A DNA stretch of 26,048 nt from a virus (taxonomy: Duplodnaviria; Caudoviricetes). Of the stretch, positions 8,690 to 18,007 are shown one piece after another; the stretch's first letter is position 1; the number at the start of each line of letters is the position of its first letter. The position numbers were made by a program, and so were the translations under genes. The notes under the pieces were generated by a model. It searched no databases and had not been told where the DNA came from. It saw only the letters and a program-made list of their open reading frames with translations. The DNA lies in IMG/VR virus record IMGVR_UViG_3300025645_000401, positions 1 through 26,048 of that record; one strand, 5' to 3'.

Positions 8690-8974
8690 TTAATCCCTAG
8701 GGAGCCCCCACCGCTGGATCATCCCCCCTACTGCACTAGGGGACGCCTCCAAAAGTTCTGCGATGGCGATACTTTCCATCCCTTGCTTCAACAGTTTGTT
8801 TATTAACCGTGACCGGGGCGTCATAGGACGCGGAGGGGTTGTTTTAGGACGCCCCCCTAATGCTTTGGCACCCATGTCACGGAACTTTGTGTTGCCCCAC
8901 ACTCGACGCGCTCTGGCGTTACAGCTTTTTGCGTCGATCATCATTGCTTCGAGTGTGGTCATGTTGCTTGCCAT
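8690..8974 (-). CDS. Hypothetical protein with a C-terminal HTH-like region
   Basis: GMESIAIAELLEASPSAVGGMIQRW resembles an HTH; starts 2 bp after the primase stop. Confidence 0.6.
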   Translation of the reverse strand: MASNMTTLEAMMIDAKSCNARARRVWGNTKFRDMGAKALGGRPKTTPPRPMTPRSRLINKLLKQGMESIAIAELLEASPSAVGGMIQRWGLPRD

Positions 8975-8976
8975 TC

Positions 8977-11922
8977 TTATCCGCCCGCTTGGGATTCAGT
9001 AGCAACCCCTTCTTCAGTTTTCACAATTGACAGCGCTTTACTGTCGAAGAACTTCGTGAAGTTAAGTTCGTAGCAACGAGACTGGCCACTCGGGACAGTA
9101 GTGCCAGAACCCAAAGTAATGCGGGGGCTAAACGTGCCATCCGCTTGGAACACTAAGTAACCTGCACGGTCTAGCTCTTCCTTGACGGCAGCAGGTGCCA
9201 CGCCGTGCTCCTTGCACCAGTCAGCGATTGCTTTGACTGTGACGTAGACCTTCTTGTCCTCGGTACATACACGGCCCACTGCGGGGTTGCGCATAGTTTC
9301 CATCGGATGTTCTTTGACCTTGGAGCGGTTATCACCAAAGTGCTTAGTGATAATCAAACGACCCGGCAGAGTAGCAATGAACGCAGCAAGCTGTTCACTA
9401 ATGTCGAGGTTGTTTTCCCGACGGCTCTCACGCATGGTCTGGACCTGACCTAGCGCCCACTTTTTCATGGCGTCCATGTCAAACTGAACCAAATTCAGTT
9501 TGTGTGCGATCTTACCTGCCACCAGCGCAGTCACAATGGTGTCTCGGTAGAACCGTTCCTTGTTGTCTTCTTCCGACTTCGGGTTGAACTTGCTACGAGC
9601 CGAGACAATCTGGCGACGTACCCAGTCTTGGTTCTCGATGATGAACCGGATGTACGGGCGGCAAGCCTCACCGTAAACGTGGTCCATGTGGTTCTCGACG
9701 AACTCCTGCGTGATGTCAGGGAAAACCTTGTTCCGGTAGTCCGCTGGTAATGACACCTCAAAGAAACGTAGCTGCGTAGCTTCAACTCTATAACCTGCTG
9801 GCAGCTTACTAATGCTTTCCATGATCGAGTCGTTCGATGTGATGAAGCTGTTCTTAAACCACTGCCCGCCGACGGTACTGAACTTGCCCGTGGTGCCCAG
9901 TCGTTCCTTGTCCCGACCGTTAGCCAGCGCATAACCGGTACGAGTTAGCTCGTCTGGAGATCGTCCTGAGAACTCGTCGAGGACCATTGGGACAGAGCCC
10001 ATGATCGCAATCCGTTTGATCGCTGCGTTGAGCGTAGATCCTTGCTCACCAGTCTGACGTTCCATGTGCCGTGGGTTGCCATAGAAGCCGCACGCGATCT
10101 TAGCGGCAGTAGACTTACCTGTGCCACCGTGACCTGTGAACGCCAAAGGCAGGCCGTGCCAGTTACTCGACCCCATCAACTCAACAAGGGCTGAGCCCAT
10201 AGAGTGGCAGAGAGCGAACTGGAATGGTTCCGCGCCGGGGCGGTTGTACAGCTTGTCTATGTTTGAGGTCCACTCTTCAAGCGTACCACTGCGCCCAAAG
10301 TCGAGGGCTATATCTTGTGGCATACTTGGGTCGCAGAGAACATCGTGCTCACCGTCGAGGCTCAGCTCCTTGGTGCCTATTACAAAGCCTGTACGCTCCT
10401 TGTTCCACCCGAACTGGGCAACCGTCTTAGTCTCGACCCGCCATTTCTGTAGCGTGTCGATTAACTCTACTGCAAAATCAACCATATTATTTCTCGCGTT
10501 TTTGGAGCGTGTGAGAAACACCTCGTACGATGCAAGCGTCTTCGCCATCATGTCTGGGGATGCTAACTCTGTCGTAGGCATAAAGAATTCGCGCCAACGA
10601 CCGTTTTGCTCTAGTGCTTTCCAATGTATGTTCCATACTCCTTCGCTGTCTTGGATGCGATTAATGGGGTATACGAACGAGCGGCAGAACGGTGTCCAGT
10701 GGACGACGCCCTCTTCGTCTGTGTAGGCTTTCGATAACGTCTGACCGTTCCAACGGTAACCTGCCGCGGGCCAGTGTGGGATGTGCTGCCCTTCGATAAC
10801 CTGTCCCGCTGCTGCGGCTGCTTTCGTGGCGACGGCGTTAGCGTCTATGCTGGCTTCAGCGACAGACTCTGCTTTTTCAGTAAAGCCTAGTGTGACTGGA
10901 AACCTGCAAGTCGCCGCAAAAGGACAGTCTGCCATGCACCCGGCGTGGCGATCCATTTCTACGCACGATGTTGGACCAACAGTCCACTCGTCGATCTTCT
11001 CTTGCGTCTCCGCCATGGAGTAGCCTTCGTACCCTTGGCTCCACTCATGGATCTTATCTGCGCCATCCTTACAAAACTTGATGACCCCGATGGCACGGTG
11101 CCAATGAGGTTCCGGTATGTTGCCACCACTGTCTTTAAACTGACGAACAGCAGCACAGTTCTTGGCTACTACTTCCGCGTCGCTGTCAGGGTAGTCGACC
11201 GGCGTATCAGCAAACGGGCTAACATTCGCAGCCTTTCGAGTGGTCGGCGCAGGTTGCACGCTGTTGTTGGTTATGAAATCCGATAACGCTGATCGCACTT
11301 TGTCTACTGTGTAGACCTTACCTTCCCTGAGTAGCTCTACGGGGCGCGCTGGTTCGTACTTGCGGTTGTGAACGCCTATGGGCCGTAGAATACGCGACGT
11401 GTCACTATCCACGGCGCGGTCTGCTTTAATCTGTAAGTGCGTTGTGACGTCACGCTTCATAGCGGACAGTTCTTCCCACACCTCGGTCGTTATGTCTTCG
11501 TTGAGGTGGATGTAGCTGTGGTACCCGCCGCCGGAGTTAACGATCGTTGGGGATAACCGTAATGATTTAGCTAAGAGAACCACGCCTTCAAGCGCTTCCT
11601 CCTTTGTGTCGTACGCGTCCTTCTTGGATACGTCGACATCGAAGTCGTCGAAAAGTGACCGACATGCCACCACGTTTTCCTGCGTGCGGATGCGGCGCTT
11701 GCCGGTCTTCTCGTCATCGTACCAATCGCCGAATGAGTTAACTCCGAAGTAGACTGTTTCTCCTCTACCATCGAAGAATAATGCTGCTTGAGCTGCCTCT
11801 TCGGCGTTGGGGTAGTTCTTCCATTTGAACCAAGAACCGCCGTCGTCTTTCGCCTGCATGAGGCCAAGGACAGTCTGCCCCTGTGACGGAAGCACTAGCT
11901 TTAGGAACTCTAATGTACCCAT
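8977..11922 (-). CDS. Primase-helicase (N-terminal RepB'/AEP-like primase, PriCT-like region, DUF927-type P-loop helicase)
   Basis: DDFD and SGGGYHSY primase motifs; Cys cluster; QFGW; Walker A GHGGTGKST; Walker B VLDE. Confidence 0.88.
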   Translation of the reverse strand: MGTLEFLKLVLPSQGQTVLGLMQAKDDGGSWFKWKNYPNAEEAAQAALFFDGRGETVYFGVNSFGDWYDDEKTGKRRIRTQENVVACRSLFDDFDVDVSKKDAYDTKEEALEGVVLLAKSLRLSPTIVNSGGGYHSYIHLNEDITTEVWEELSAMKRDVTTHLQIKADRAVDSDTSRILRPIGVHNRKYEPARPVELLREGKVYTVDKVRSALSDFITNNSVQPAPTTRKAANVSPFADTPVDYPDSDAEVVAKNCAAVRQFKDSGGNIPEPHWHRAIGVIKFCKDGADKIHEWSQGYEGYSMAETQEKIDEWTVGPTSCVEMDRHAGCMADCPFAATCRFPVTLGFTEKAESVAEASIDANAVATKAAAAAGQVIEGQHIPHWPAAGYRWNGQTLSKAYTDEEGVVHWTPFCRSFVYPINRIQDSEGVWNIHWKALEQNGRWREFFMPTTELASPDMMAKTLASYEVFLTRSKNARNNMVDFAVELIDTLQKWRVETKTVAQFGWNKERTGFVIGTKELSLDGEHDVLCDPSMPQDIALDFGRSGTLEEWTSNIDKLYNRPGAEPFQFALCHSMGSALVELMGSSNWHGLPLAFTGHGGTGKSTAAKIACGFYGNPRHMERQTGEQGSTLNAAIKRIAIMGSVPMVLDEFSGRSPDELTRTGYALANGRDKERLGTTGKFSTVGGQWFKNSFITSNDSIMESISKLPAGYRVEATQLRFFEVSLPADYRNKVFPDITQEFVENHMDHVYGEACRPYIRFIIENQDWVRRQIVSARSKFNPKSEEDNKERFYRDTIVTALVAGKIAHKLNLVQFDMDAMKKWALGQVQTMRESRRENNLDISEQLAAFIATLPGRLIITKHFGDNRSKVKEHPMETMRNPAVGRVCTEDKKVYVTVKAIADWCKEHGVAPAAVKEELDRAGYLVFQADGTFSPRITLGSGTTVPSGQSRCYELNFTKFFDSKALSIVKTEEGVATESQAGG

Positions 11923-11955
11923 GCCGTTACCTATTCTGTTGACGTGTGAACAAAT

Positions 11956-11981
11956 AGTAACGGGGGCGAACCCCCGTTACT
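11956..11981 (-). terminator. Perfect 11-bp stem with a UUCG loop after the SSB gene; weak terminator or mRNA stabiliser
   Basis: AGTAACGGGGG-TTCG-CCCCCGTTACT followed by ATTTGTT on the - strand. Confidence 0.7.
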
Positions 11982-11995
11982 CGCGAGCAGCGGTG

Positions 11996-12721
11996 CTAGT
12001 CGTCGAAGTCTAGATTGTCTAGCGCTGCGTCGATGCTGTCGTAGTCGTCAACTTTAGCAGGTTTAGCTTTCTTAGGCGCGGCTTCTACCACTTCGGCAAC
12101 TGGCGCTGGGGTGGGCTTAGGGGCTGGAGCTGGTACTTCATCGAAGTCGTCACCGAAGCTTTCTACGTTTGCCGTGCTGTCAAAGCCTTCAACTTCGCCA
12201 AACGGGCTTGCCAGCTCTCGCTCTTTAAACTTCACAACTTGAACTGCACGAAGTCGTAGAGACACGCCGTTACCGTTGTTAGAAGAGTACGGCACCAACG
12301 CCAGATGGCTGTTGATCGTGCTGCCGGTTGTTAGTTCGAAATCCTCCGGCAAGAGCTGGTTTCGAGCGTCAAACTGACGTGGCTTCTTTGTTAGCTCATT
12401 GTTGTACGAACCTTTCAAGCTCGACTTTACTACGAACCCGCCGTCGACCTGCTCGAAAACCTCCTTCGCAGATGGCATCTCAGGCCAGTTGGCAGCTTTA
12501 CGCTGGTTGTACGCATCTGACATGTCTTTATAAAGATTGGCAGCCTGCTCTTTTTGGAGCTTAAAGTTCAGCTCATACTTTGCACCCTCATCCAACGGGT
12601 CACACGGGACGCTCTGCCCTTTGCCGTTGTTGGCCTTGGTGTCGTACTTGTACGTCGTGTTGATACGCGGGTACAGGGCTTCGACGTTAGTCAGGATGTG
12701 CATTGCGTTAGTTGTAGCCAT
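11996..12721 (-). CDS. Single-stranded DNA-binding protein (T7 gp2.5 / DUF2815-like)
   Basis: GVSLRLRAVQV strand motif; acidic tail ending LDNLDFDD; start moved to ATG 12721 (GAGGA RBS). Confidence 0.75.
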   Translation of the reverse strand: MATTNAMHILTNVEALYPRINTTYKYDTKANNGKGQSVPCDPLDEGAKYELNFKLQKEQAANLYKDMSDAYNQRKAANWPEMPSAKEVFEQVDGGFVVKSSLKGSYNNELTKKPRQFDARNQLLPEDFELTTGSTINSHLALVPYSSNNGNGVSLRLRAVQVVKFKERELASPFGEVEGFDSTANVESFGDDFDEVPAPAPKPTPAPVAEVVEAAPKKAKPAKVDDYDSIDAALDNLDFDD

Positions 12722-12743
12722 GGTAAATTCCTCTCGGGTTTGG

Positions 12744-13253
12744 TTAATATGTGTAGCCATCAGTGGAACCAAACGGGCTATCCGCTTGCTCCGGCGTATG
12801 TATAGAAGTGAGTTCGTCTTCGTCTAAAAATCGTGTGACTTTAAACGTCAACGTTGCTCGCTGATCTACACGGGTAACGTCGATTTTTGTTACGACGTGT
12901 GTTAGTTGTTCGCCTCGTGCTATGACTTGGTCTTCGTAAGCACGAAACGGTCGGACACTCGCAGCAGGAACGCGAAACGTTTCCGCATAGTCCGAGTTTG
13001 GTTTGCGAAGCGTAAGCTTTATGCTTTCCGCGCAAGCCTTTCCCAGTTTGCCATTAGGCGTAATTCGGGAACCCCATGTGTTGTTCGTACATACAGAACA
13101 CTTCTTCGCTTGGGGTTCGGTTGCATTAACAGACGGAACTACACCGTCATCAGACGAACACAGCTGCTCACCCTCAAGTGACCGGTAGTGTCTAGCTTTG
13201 TAAATCCGTGGTAGTACCACGACTTCTACTGGCAGATCATCCATCGTTAACAT
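12744..13253 (-). CDS. Conserved phage replication-region protein, Cys-rich (possible Zn-binding ssDNA/recombination factor)
   Basis: CSSDDG..P...PQAKKCSVC..N.WGS...GKAC pattern; located next to the SSB. Confidence 0.65.
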   Translation of the reverse strand: MLTMDDLPVEVVVLPRIYKARHYRSLEGEQLCSSDDGVVPSVNATEPQAKKCSVCTNNTWGSRITPNGKLGKACAESIKLTLRKPNSDYAETFRVPAASVRPFRAYEDQVIARGEQLTHVVTKIDVTRVDQRATLTFKVTRFLDEDELTSIHTPEQADSPFGSTDGYTY

Positions 13254-13655
13254 CTACTTACGCCTAAAATTGACAACTTGAGTTTCTGACCAATTGATAC
13301 CCGGTGGCAAATCGCCCTCGGCTTCCTTGAATTGCTGGATAGCAGTTTTGTTTACCCGCCGTTCCAACATCTCCCAAGCATCGTTCTCCTTTACGTGCCC
13401 AAGTAACGCATCCCAATCTGCCACAGTGGCGGAAGAACGTGTTGACCTGTAAGCAGTTCCAATGTCGCGTGAAGACACGTTGTCTATTCCCCGGTCTTGG
13501 AACCGTCGCAGAAACTCGACCTCGATCTTGTTCTGCTTTGCCTTGTCCCCTGAGTCGTCGTCGTCATACGCAGCTTTGCGTTGTGCCCGTCGATCTCGCA
13601 GGGCGATGAACAGTTTTAGGCAGGAACCGTCATCCAACTCCGATATTTTCGTCAT
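13254..13655 (-). CDS. Conserved phage protein, function unknown
   Basis: Start moved to ATG 13655 (AGGAG RBS); N-terminal coiled-coil, then DWDAL...LERRV...LPPG pattern. Confidence 0.7.
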   Translation of the reverse strand: MTKISELDDGSCLKLFIALRDRRAQRKAAYDDDDSGDKAKQNKIEVEFLRRFQDRGIDNVSSRDIGTAYRSTRSSATVADWDALLGHVKENDAWEMLERRVNKTAIQQFKEAEGDLPPGINWSETQVVNFRRK

Positions 13656-13833
13656 TTGTTTTCTCCTTTTTACCGTGTAGCCAGCTGTTAATATCTGCTT
13701 CATCCCAACGCAGGACTTTCTGCGAGACCTTGATAGGTTGGGGGAAGCTTATTTCTCGCCGCCGCAGTGCTGGTAATGCTGCTTTGGTGATGCCCAATTT
13801 TTCAGAAACCTCTTCTGGTCGTAGCAAGTTCAT
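13630..13833 (-). CDS. AlpA/excisionase-like winged-HTH DNA-binding protein
   Basis: LLRPEEVSEKLGI...FPQPIKV....RW...I..W signature. Confidence 0.85.
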   Translation of the reverse strand: MNLLRPEEVSEKLGITKAALPALRRREISFPQPIKVSQKVLRWDEADINSWLHGKKEKTNDENIGVG

Positions 13834-13868
13834 ACGCTTTATGCCTCTATGTGTGTTTACTTGTTAAC

Positions 13869-13897
13869 AGATTAGTGCATATAGGTTCGCCTGTCAA
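13869..13897 (-). promoter_or_regulatory. Sigma70-type promoter for the AlpA-like/SSB/primase genes
   Basis: TTGACA (13897-13892), 17 bp, TAATCT (13874-13869); palindrome 13855-13868 immediately downstream. Confidence 0.75.
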
Positions 13898-15465
13898 GCC
13901 ATGACAGAACCCCGATGTGCCTTGACCTCGTCTAGTAACGCGCCCTGCATCTTCTGCTTGTTGCGAAGACGAGAGTAGATGCGCTTCTCGACGGGTGTTC
14001 CTTCCAACATGATGATGAAGTTATTCATCTTCTGGCCCGGTCGATTGATCCGACCGTTAGCCTGCTCAAAGACCTCGTTCGACGTTACGCATGAGTACCA
14101 AATGATGGTAGAAGCGGACGTCAGTGTTAAGCCGTGGGACATAGCGGCAGGTTGCGCCACGATGACCCTTGGTTCTTTTGATTTCTGGAACGCCCCGAAT
14201 ATGCGGTCACGTTCCTCTTTCTTAACTCCCCCGTGGATCACTTCAACGGTGAAGTCTTTTCTCAGTTCGTCGGCGACCATGTTGACCGAGCTAACATACG
14301 GCACAAACACGATGACCTTGCCCTCAGCTTGGCGAACGATCTCGCGGGTCTCTTCTATGCGCGGCGAAGATGGGATAGTCAGCTCTGTCTTGTCGTTAGA
14401 GTAGACGACGCCGCAGGCAATCTGTACAAGCTTGCCCATCTTTACTGCTTCGTTAACTGCTGTGATTTCGCCGTTGTCGGCTTCGGTCCGCATCCTAGCG
14501 ACCATCTCTTTGTAGGCTTTGTTTTGTTCTTTAGTTAGCGCTACTTGTCGAGTCTCATACATAAGTGGCGGCAGGTCAACGCATTCATCACGAGTAAAGC
14601 GTACAGACGGTTGCATAACCTCACGTACGATGTCTGTTGCATCAGGTCTTGGTAGCCACTGGAACTGCGACAACTGGCGCATTACTTGGCCCTTAAAGCG
14701 ATTGAAGTAAGGCGGTACGTTGCTTGGTGATATAAGTCTGCATTGTGCCCAAGCATCGGTTGGTGCGTTTGGTGTTGGCGTACCAGTCATACCCCAGCAA
14801 GCACGGGTGGGCTTATGCCGGTTGATTACTTTGTTGATCGCTTTCCACCGGTCGGTCCCTGCGTTGCGTGCTGCCTGTGCTATCTCGTCGATGATGATCA
14901 AGTCGATGTCCGGGCGGTCTGCTAACAAAGGCTCGATGATCTGCAAACCGTCGTGGTTGATGATGTACACGTCGACGTCAGTCTTCAGCATCTTCTCACG
15001 CTTCTGCTTCGAGCCGTACAACACGGCGTACTGTAGGTGTGGAAAGTGCTGAAACACTTCGTCGGCCCATGTACGCTCTAGCGTTGACAGTGGAGAAACA
15101 ATTAAGACCTTGTGCAGATGACCGATACTGCGCAGGTAGTCGTAGGCCCATAGAGACGCCAGAGACTTACCAGTCCCTAGCTCGCTAAGGTTGAACGCCC
15201 GATCATACATAGACAGAAACGCCGCCGCTTCTCGTTGTGCGGCGAAGGGTGTGTAGCGACCGGGCCAATCATAATGCTCCCTGATAGGAGCTGGTGCGTC
15301 AAAGCCGAGGTTGCGCAGTACCTTAGTCTCGGCGATCTTGTGGGGCACCGCCACGTACGGGATGCCCTTAACTGTGAACGCTTTCGCTGTTGGTATTATG
15401 TTGGTGATGCGGGCAGGCTCCCGGCTTTTAAGTACCAGCGCCTTCTTCTCATGCCATATCAACAT
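13894..15465 (-). CDS. SNF2-family (SF2) helicase
   Basis: ELGTGKS, IIDE, MTGTP, HGLTLTSA, QANGRINRPGQ. Confidence 0.92.
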   Translation of the reverse strand: MLIWHEKKALVLKSREPARITNIIPTAKAFTVKGIPYVAVPHKIAETKVLRNLGFDAPAPIREHYDWPGRYTPFAAQREAAAFLSMYDRAFNLSELGTGKSLASLWAYDYLRSIGHLHKVLIVSPLSTLERTWADEVFQHFPHLQYAVLYGSKQKREKMLKTDVDVYIINHDGLQIIEPLLADRPDIDLIIIDEIAQAARNAGTDRWKAINKVINRHKPTRACWGMTGTPTPNAPTDAWAQCRLISPSNVPPYFNRFKGQVMRQLSQFQWLPRPDATDIVREVMQPSVRFTRDECVDLPPLMYETRQVALTKEQNKAYKEMVARMRTEADNGEITAVNEAVKMGKLVQIACGVVYSNDKTELTIPSSPRIEETREIVRQAEGKVIVFVPYVSSVNMVADELRKDFTVEVIHGGVKKEERDRIFGAFQKSKEPRVIVAQPAAMSHGLTLTSASTIIWYSCVTSNEVFEQANGRINRPGQKMNNFIIMLEGTPVEKRIYSRLRNKQKMQGALLDEVKAHRGSVMA

Positions 15466-15868
15466 GGGGTAAATCCTTATCTAATTCGGCGTCTAGCTGT
15501 CGGATGCGCTCATCGCATATGTGTTTAATCTTTTCGTAGTCGAGCCGTCGTTGGCCCTCCTTGGTGCGCAAGATACGCTTCACGATGTCAGCGTCCCACG
15601 GGTTCAACCCGTACTCCAACCAGATGTCCCAAGGCTGGATCGCATGTCGCGAATAGTCTGACTCACCGACGTTGTGCGCACGGATTGGGTCTAGCGCCTG
15701 CTGGTGTGGAGGCTTCATCTTGTCGATGTACTGCTGCGCCTGCTCCGTGGTAACGTCACAGTTCAGCGCAATGTCGTAGATGTCGCAATCTAACTGGGTG
15801 CCGTAGACGCCCGCAGGTGTGCGGTGCCGCAGCAGGTAGGCCCATACTCTCTCGTCGGTGTTGTCCAT
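15449..15868 (-). CDS. DUF3310-like protein with an N-terminal HTH-like extension
   Basis: NVGESDY...IQPWD......LNPW...IVK...R.K pattern in the C-terminal half. Confidence 0.6.
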   Translation of the reverse strand: MDNTDERVWAYLLRHRTPAGVYGTQLDCDIYDIALNCDVTTEQAQQYIDKMKPPHQQALDPIRAHNVGESDYSRHAIQPWDIWLEYGLNPWDADIVKRILRTKEGQRRLDYEKIKHICDERIRQLDAELDKDLPHVDMA

Positions 15869-16140
15869 TACTTACTCCCCTTGGTGTACATCTCCGGGTT
15901 CTTCTTACGCCAGCCACGGTTTTCTTTTTTGCTGACAACCTTTGTGTTCGACTTGTCGGTGCTTCCGCCCTTGTCTAGGGGGTCCACGTGGTGAACATCT
16001 TTACCGTCACCCTTTGCGGCACGACCGTCAGCGATTGCTTCGCGGCGTGCTTTGTTTTGGGCAACACGTTTCTTTTGGACACTAGGCTTCTTGTTGTAAG
16101 CGGCCTTAGTCTCTAGTTCCTGCTTCGATGATTTTGGCAC
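15868..16140 (-). CDS. Small basic HNH-fold protein
   Basis: DVHHVDPLDKGGS...N........NR; likely GTG start at 16140 after GAGG. Confidence 0.75.
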   Translation of the reverse strand: MPKSSKQELETKAAYNKKPSVQKKRVAQNKARREAIADGRAAKGDGKDVHHVDPLDKGGSTDKSNTKVVSKKENRGWRKKNPEMYTKGSK

Positions 16141-16420
16141 TGATCGCATCCTCAACTTGTTTAACGTCGTCGACTACAAGTGCTAACCCGTAAGCAGATT
16201 GTATGTCGGCCAATTCACGCTCTTGGTTAGCCGTGACATTCTTTATTTTGCCCGGTGCCTTCGTCTCGAAAGCCATGAACAAACCTTTGTAGCACACCAG
16301 TATATCAGGGCAGCCTACACGTCCCATGCCGTTAGACACAGGCATGTAGTACCACGCCCCAATAGACTGGAGGTACTCTTTAACCTTCCTCTTAACTTTA
16401 CCCTCTGGGGTCATAGCCAT
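16106..16420 (-). CDS. VRR-NUC domain nuclease (probable resolvase)
   Basis: TPEGKVK...G.PD......G.F.AFETKA......TANQ. Confidence 0.88.
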   Translation of the reverse strand: MAMTPEGKVKRKVKEYLQSIGAWYYMPVSNGMGRVGCPDILVCYKGLFMAFETKAPGKIKNVTANQERELADIQSAYGLALVVDDVKQVEDAISAKIIEAGTRD

Positions 16421-16432
16421 TCTTAGTACCTC

Positions 16433-16606
16433 TTAGTGGAGACTAACGGACGGTACGAAATCGCCGTACATCGCTAGGTAAGTCTCTAGTCTTAGCGCCA
16501 GCTCAAGCTCAAGTGGAGTTAGGCTGGGCATGTCAATCGTTAGCGCTAACAAATCTTCGTTAGAAAGCTCTAAGAACTGCTCAATCGTCAGTGGTACGTC
16601 AGTCAT
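16433..16606 (-). CDS. 57-aa hypothetical protein (not in ORF track)
   Basis: MTDVPLTIEQFLELSNEDLLALTIDMPSLTPLELELALRLETYLAMYGDFVPSVSLH; GGAG RBS; fills the gap almost exactly. Confidence 0.65.
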   Translation of the reverse strand: MTDVPLTIEQFLELSNEDLLALTIDMPSLTPLELELALRLETYLAMYGDFVPSVSLH

Positions 16607-16609
16607 TAT

Positions 16610-17275
16610 TTATACTCCGCAGAACTCGCAGTTTTGTCTACCTACCGGGCACCAGTTCTTGCAGAGGCCGGACGGCTTAGGTGTCCATTTGTCGTCATGG
16701 TGGGCTATCGCTAAACGCTTTAGCCGTGGCATGAACTCGTTCCAGATTTCTGGAAGCTGCTGACGCGTGAACACCTCTTTATCGAACTCACCAGACTTTA
16801 ACCAGATGAATCCCGTCGTAACCTTATCTATCCAAGGGTACTTAGCAAACGCTAAGGCCGCGAACAGTTTCAGCTGGTCCATGTCAGGCTTACGCTTGCC
16901 AGTTTTCCAGTCGAGCAGGTACGCTTTCTCTGGACCAACGACGCCGATGTCGATGATGCCCCGTACCCATACGTCGTCTGCCATCCATTCGGTTGGCCGG
17001 AAGCTGCGGTCGAGTGCGATACTTTCTTCGATGACACGCTTGCCCTCATAGGAAAGTATCTTGTCGACGTACCGCTCGTACTTCGCAATGCTCTTAGGCA
17101 AAGGCTTACCGTCCTTAGCGAACAGCTCCAGTGCCGTGTGTACTTCGTTGCCCCAGTTAGTTGCCTCCGTTTGGGGTTCTTTTACTTTACGCGTCACTCT
17201 AGTTAGCTCGAAGCGACGTGGACATGTTTCAAACGCTGTAAGAGCCGAGTAGCTCCAAGGTTTTTTTAGTTCCAC
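16610..17275 (-). CDS. PD-(D/E)XK exonuclease (RecB/Cas4-like)
   Basis: WSYS.....CP; GIID; DWKTGK; QL..FA; C-terminal Cys cluster. Confidence 0.88.
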   Translation of the reverse strand: MELKKPWSYSALTAFETCPRRFELTRVTRKVKEPQTEATNWGNEVHTALELFAKDGKPLPKSIAKYERYVDKILSYEGKRVIEESIALDRSFRPTEWMADDVWVRGIIDIGVVGPEKAYLLDWKTGKRKPDMDQLKLFAALAFAKYPWIDKVTTGFIWLKSGEFDKEVFTRQQLPEIWNEFMPRLKRLAIAHHDDKWTPKPSGLCKNWCPVGRQNCEFCGV

Positions 17276-17832
17276 TGTGGTAGTTTTCCTTCATATATTT
17301 CTGTATCGATTATGTCCCAGAACTCTAGCAGCATTTCGGTACGCAGTTCGGTCTCCAACCGCTCCTGCTTTAGCCGTTTGCGCTGTATTTCTAAGAACGC
17401 CAGTCGTCGTTGTGCCCATTTATGTTCTTGTTCTGCCATCCATTGCATCCGCTTAGTATAGGGTATCTGGCCGTAAAGCTCTTCGGCTTTGGTGATGGCT
17501 CTTCCCATCCGCTCCCTGCGCGCCTGCTGGACAAATCGCCCATTTACTCGACGGTGTATGGCTTGAACTTCGACAAACTGTTGGCTTCGTCTGTCGAACT
17601 GATCTCGTACTTCCATTAGGTAACCTACAAATCCTTCTAAGTCGTGCGCGAACGCGCGGATCAAAGGGTTGAGAAACTCATGCGCTTTCGGGAGTAAAAA
17701 GATCTCCGGGTTGTTAGCATAACTTTGCATGTGTCTATCAGCCACCGTGAGCCACTCGCGCACTTTGTCTGGGTTTCTTAGCAGCTGTACCGTAACAGCT
17801 GCTGTTGGTTCTTCCGTTTTGTTAACTTCCAT
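17266..17832 (-). CDS. Hypothetical helical protein
   Basis: 188-aa ORF; GGGGTG RBS; overlaps the start of the nuclease gene. Confidence 0.7.
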   Translation of the reverse strand: MEVNKTEEPTAAVTVQLLRNPDKVREWLTVADRHMQSYANNPEIFLLPKAHEFLNPLIRAFAHDLEGFVGYLMEVRDQFDRRSQQFVEVQAIHRRVNGRFVQQARRERMGRAITKAEELYGQIPYTKRMQWMAEQEHKWAQRRLAFLEIQRKRLKQERLETELRTEMLLEFWDIIDTEIYEGKLPQWN

Positions 17833-18007
17833 TGGTCACCCCAATTTTACCTTATCCTACTTACTTGCGGGCTTATCTGTTATCTAGTGCCGCAAGTTAC
17901 AGGTACAGGTGTTCCTCCCTAAACTTACTTACATGTATATAACATAGCCTGCAACTATATGCACCTACTATCGACATCCGTGCCTCCTTTTAAGTGGTTC
18001 GTGGATA

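Noticed and set aside
16610-17275. Cas4 as evidence of a CRISPR-Cas system
   Set aside because: No other cas genes or array; stand-alone PD-(D/E)XK nucleases are routine in phage replication modules.
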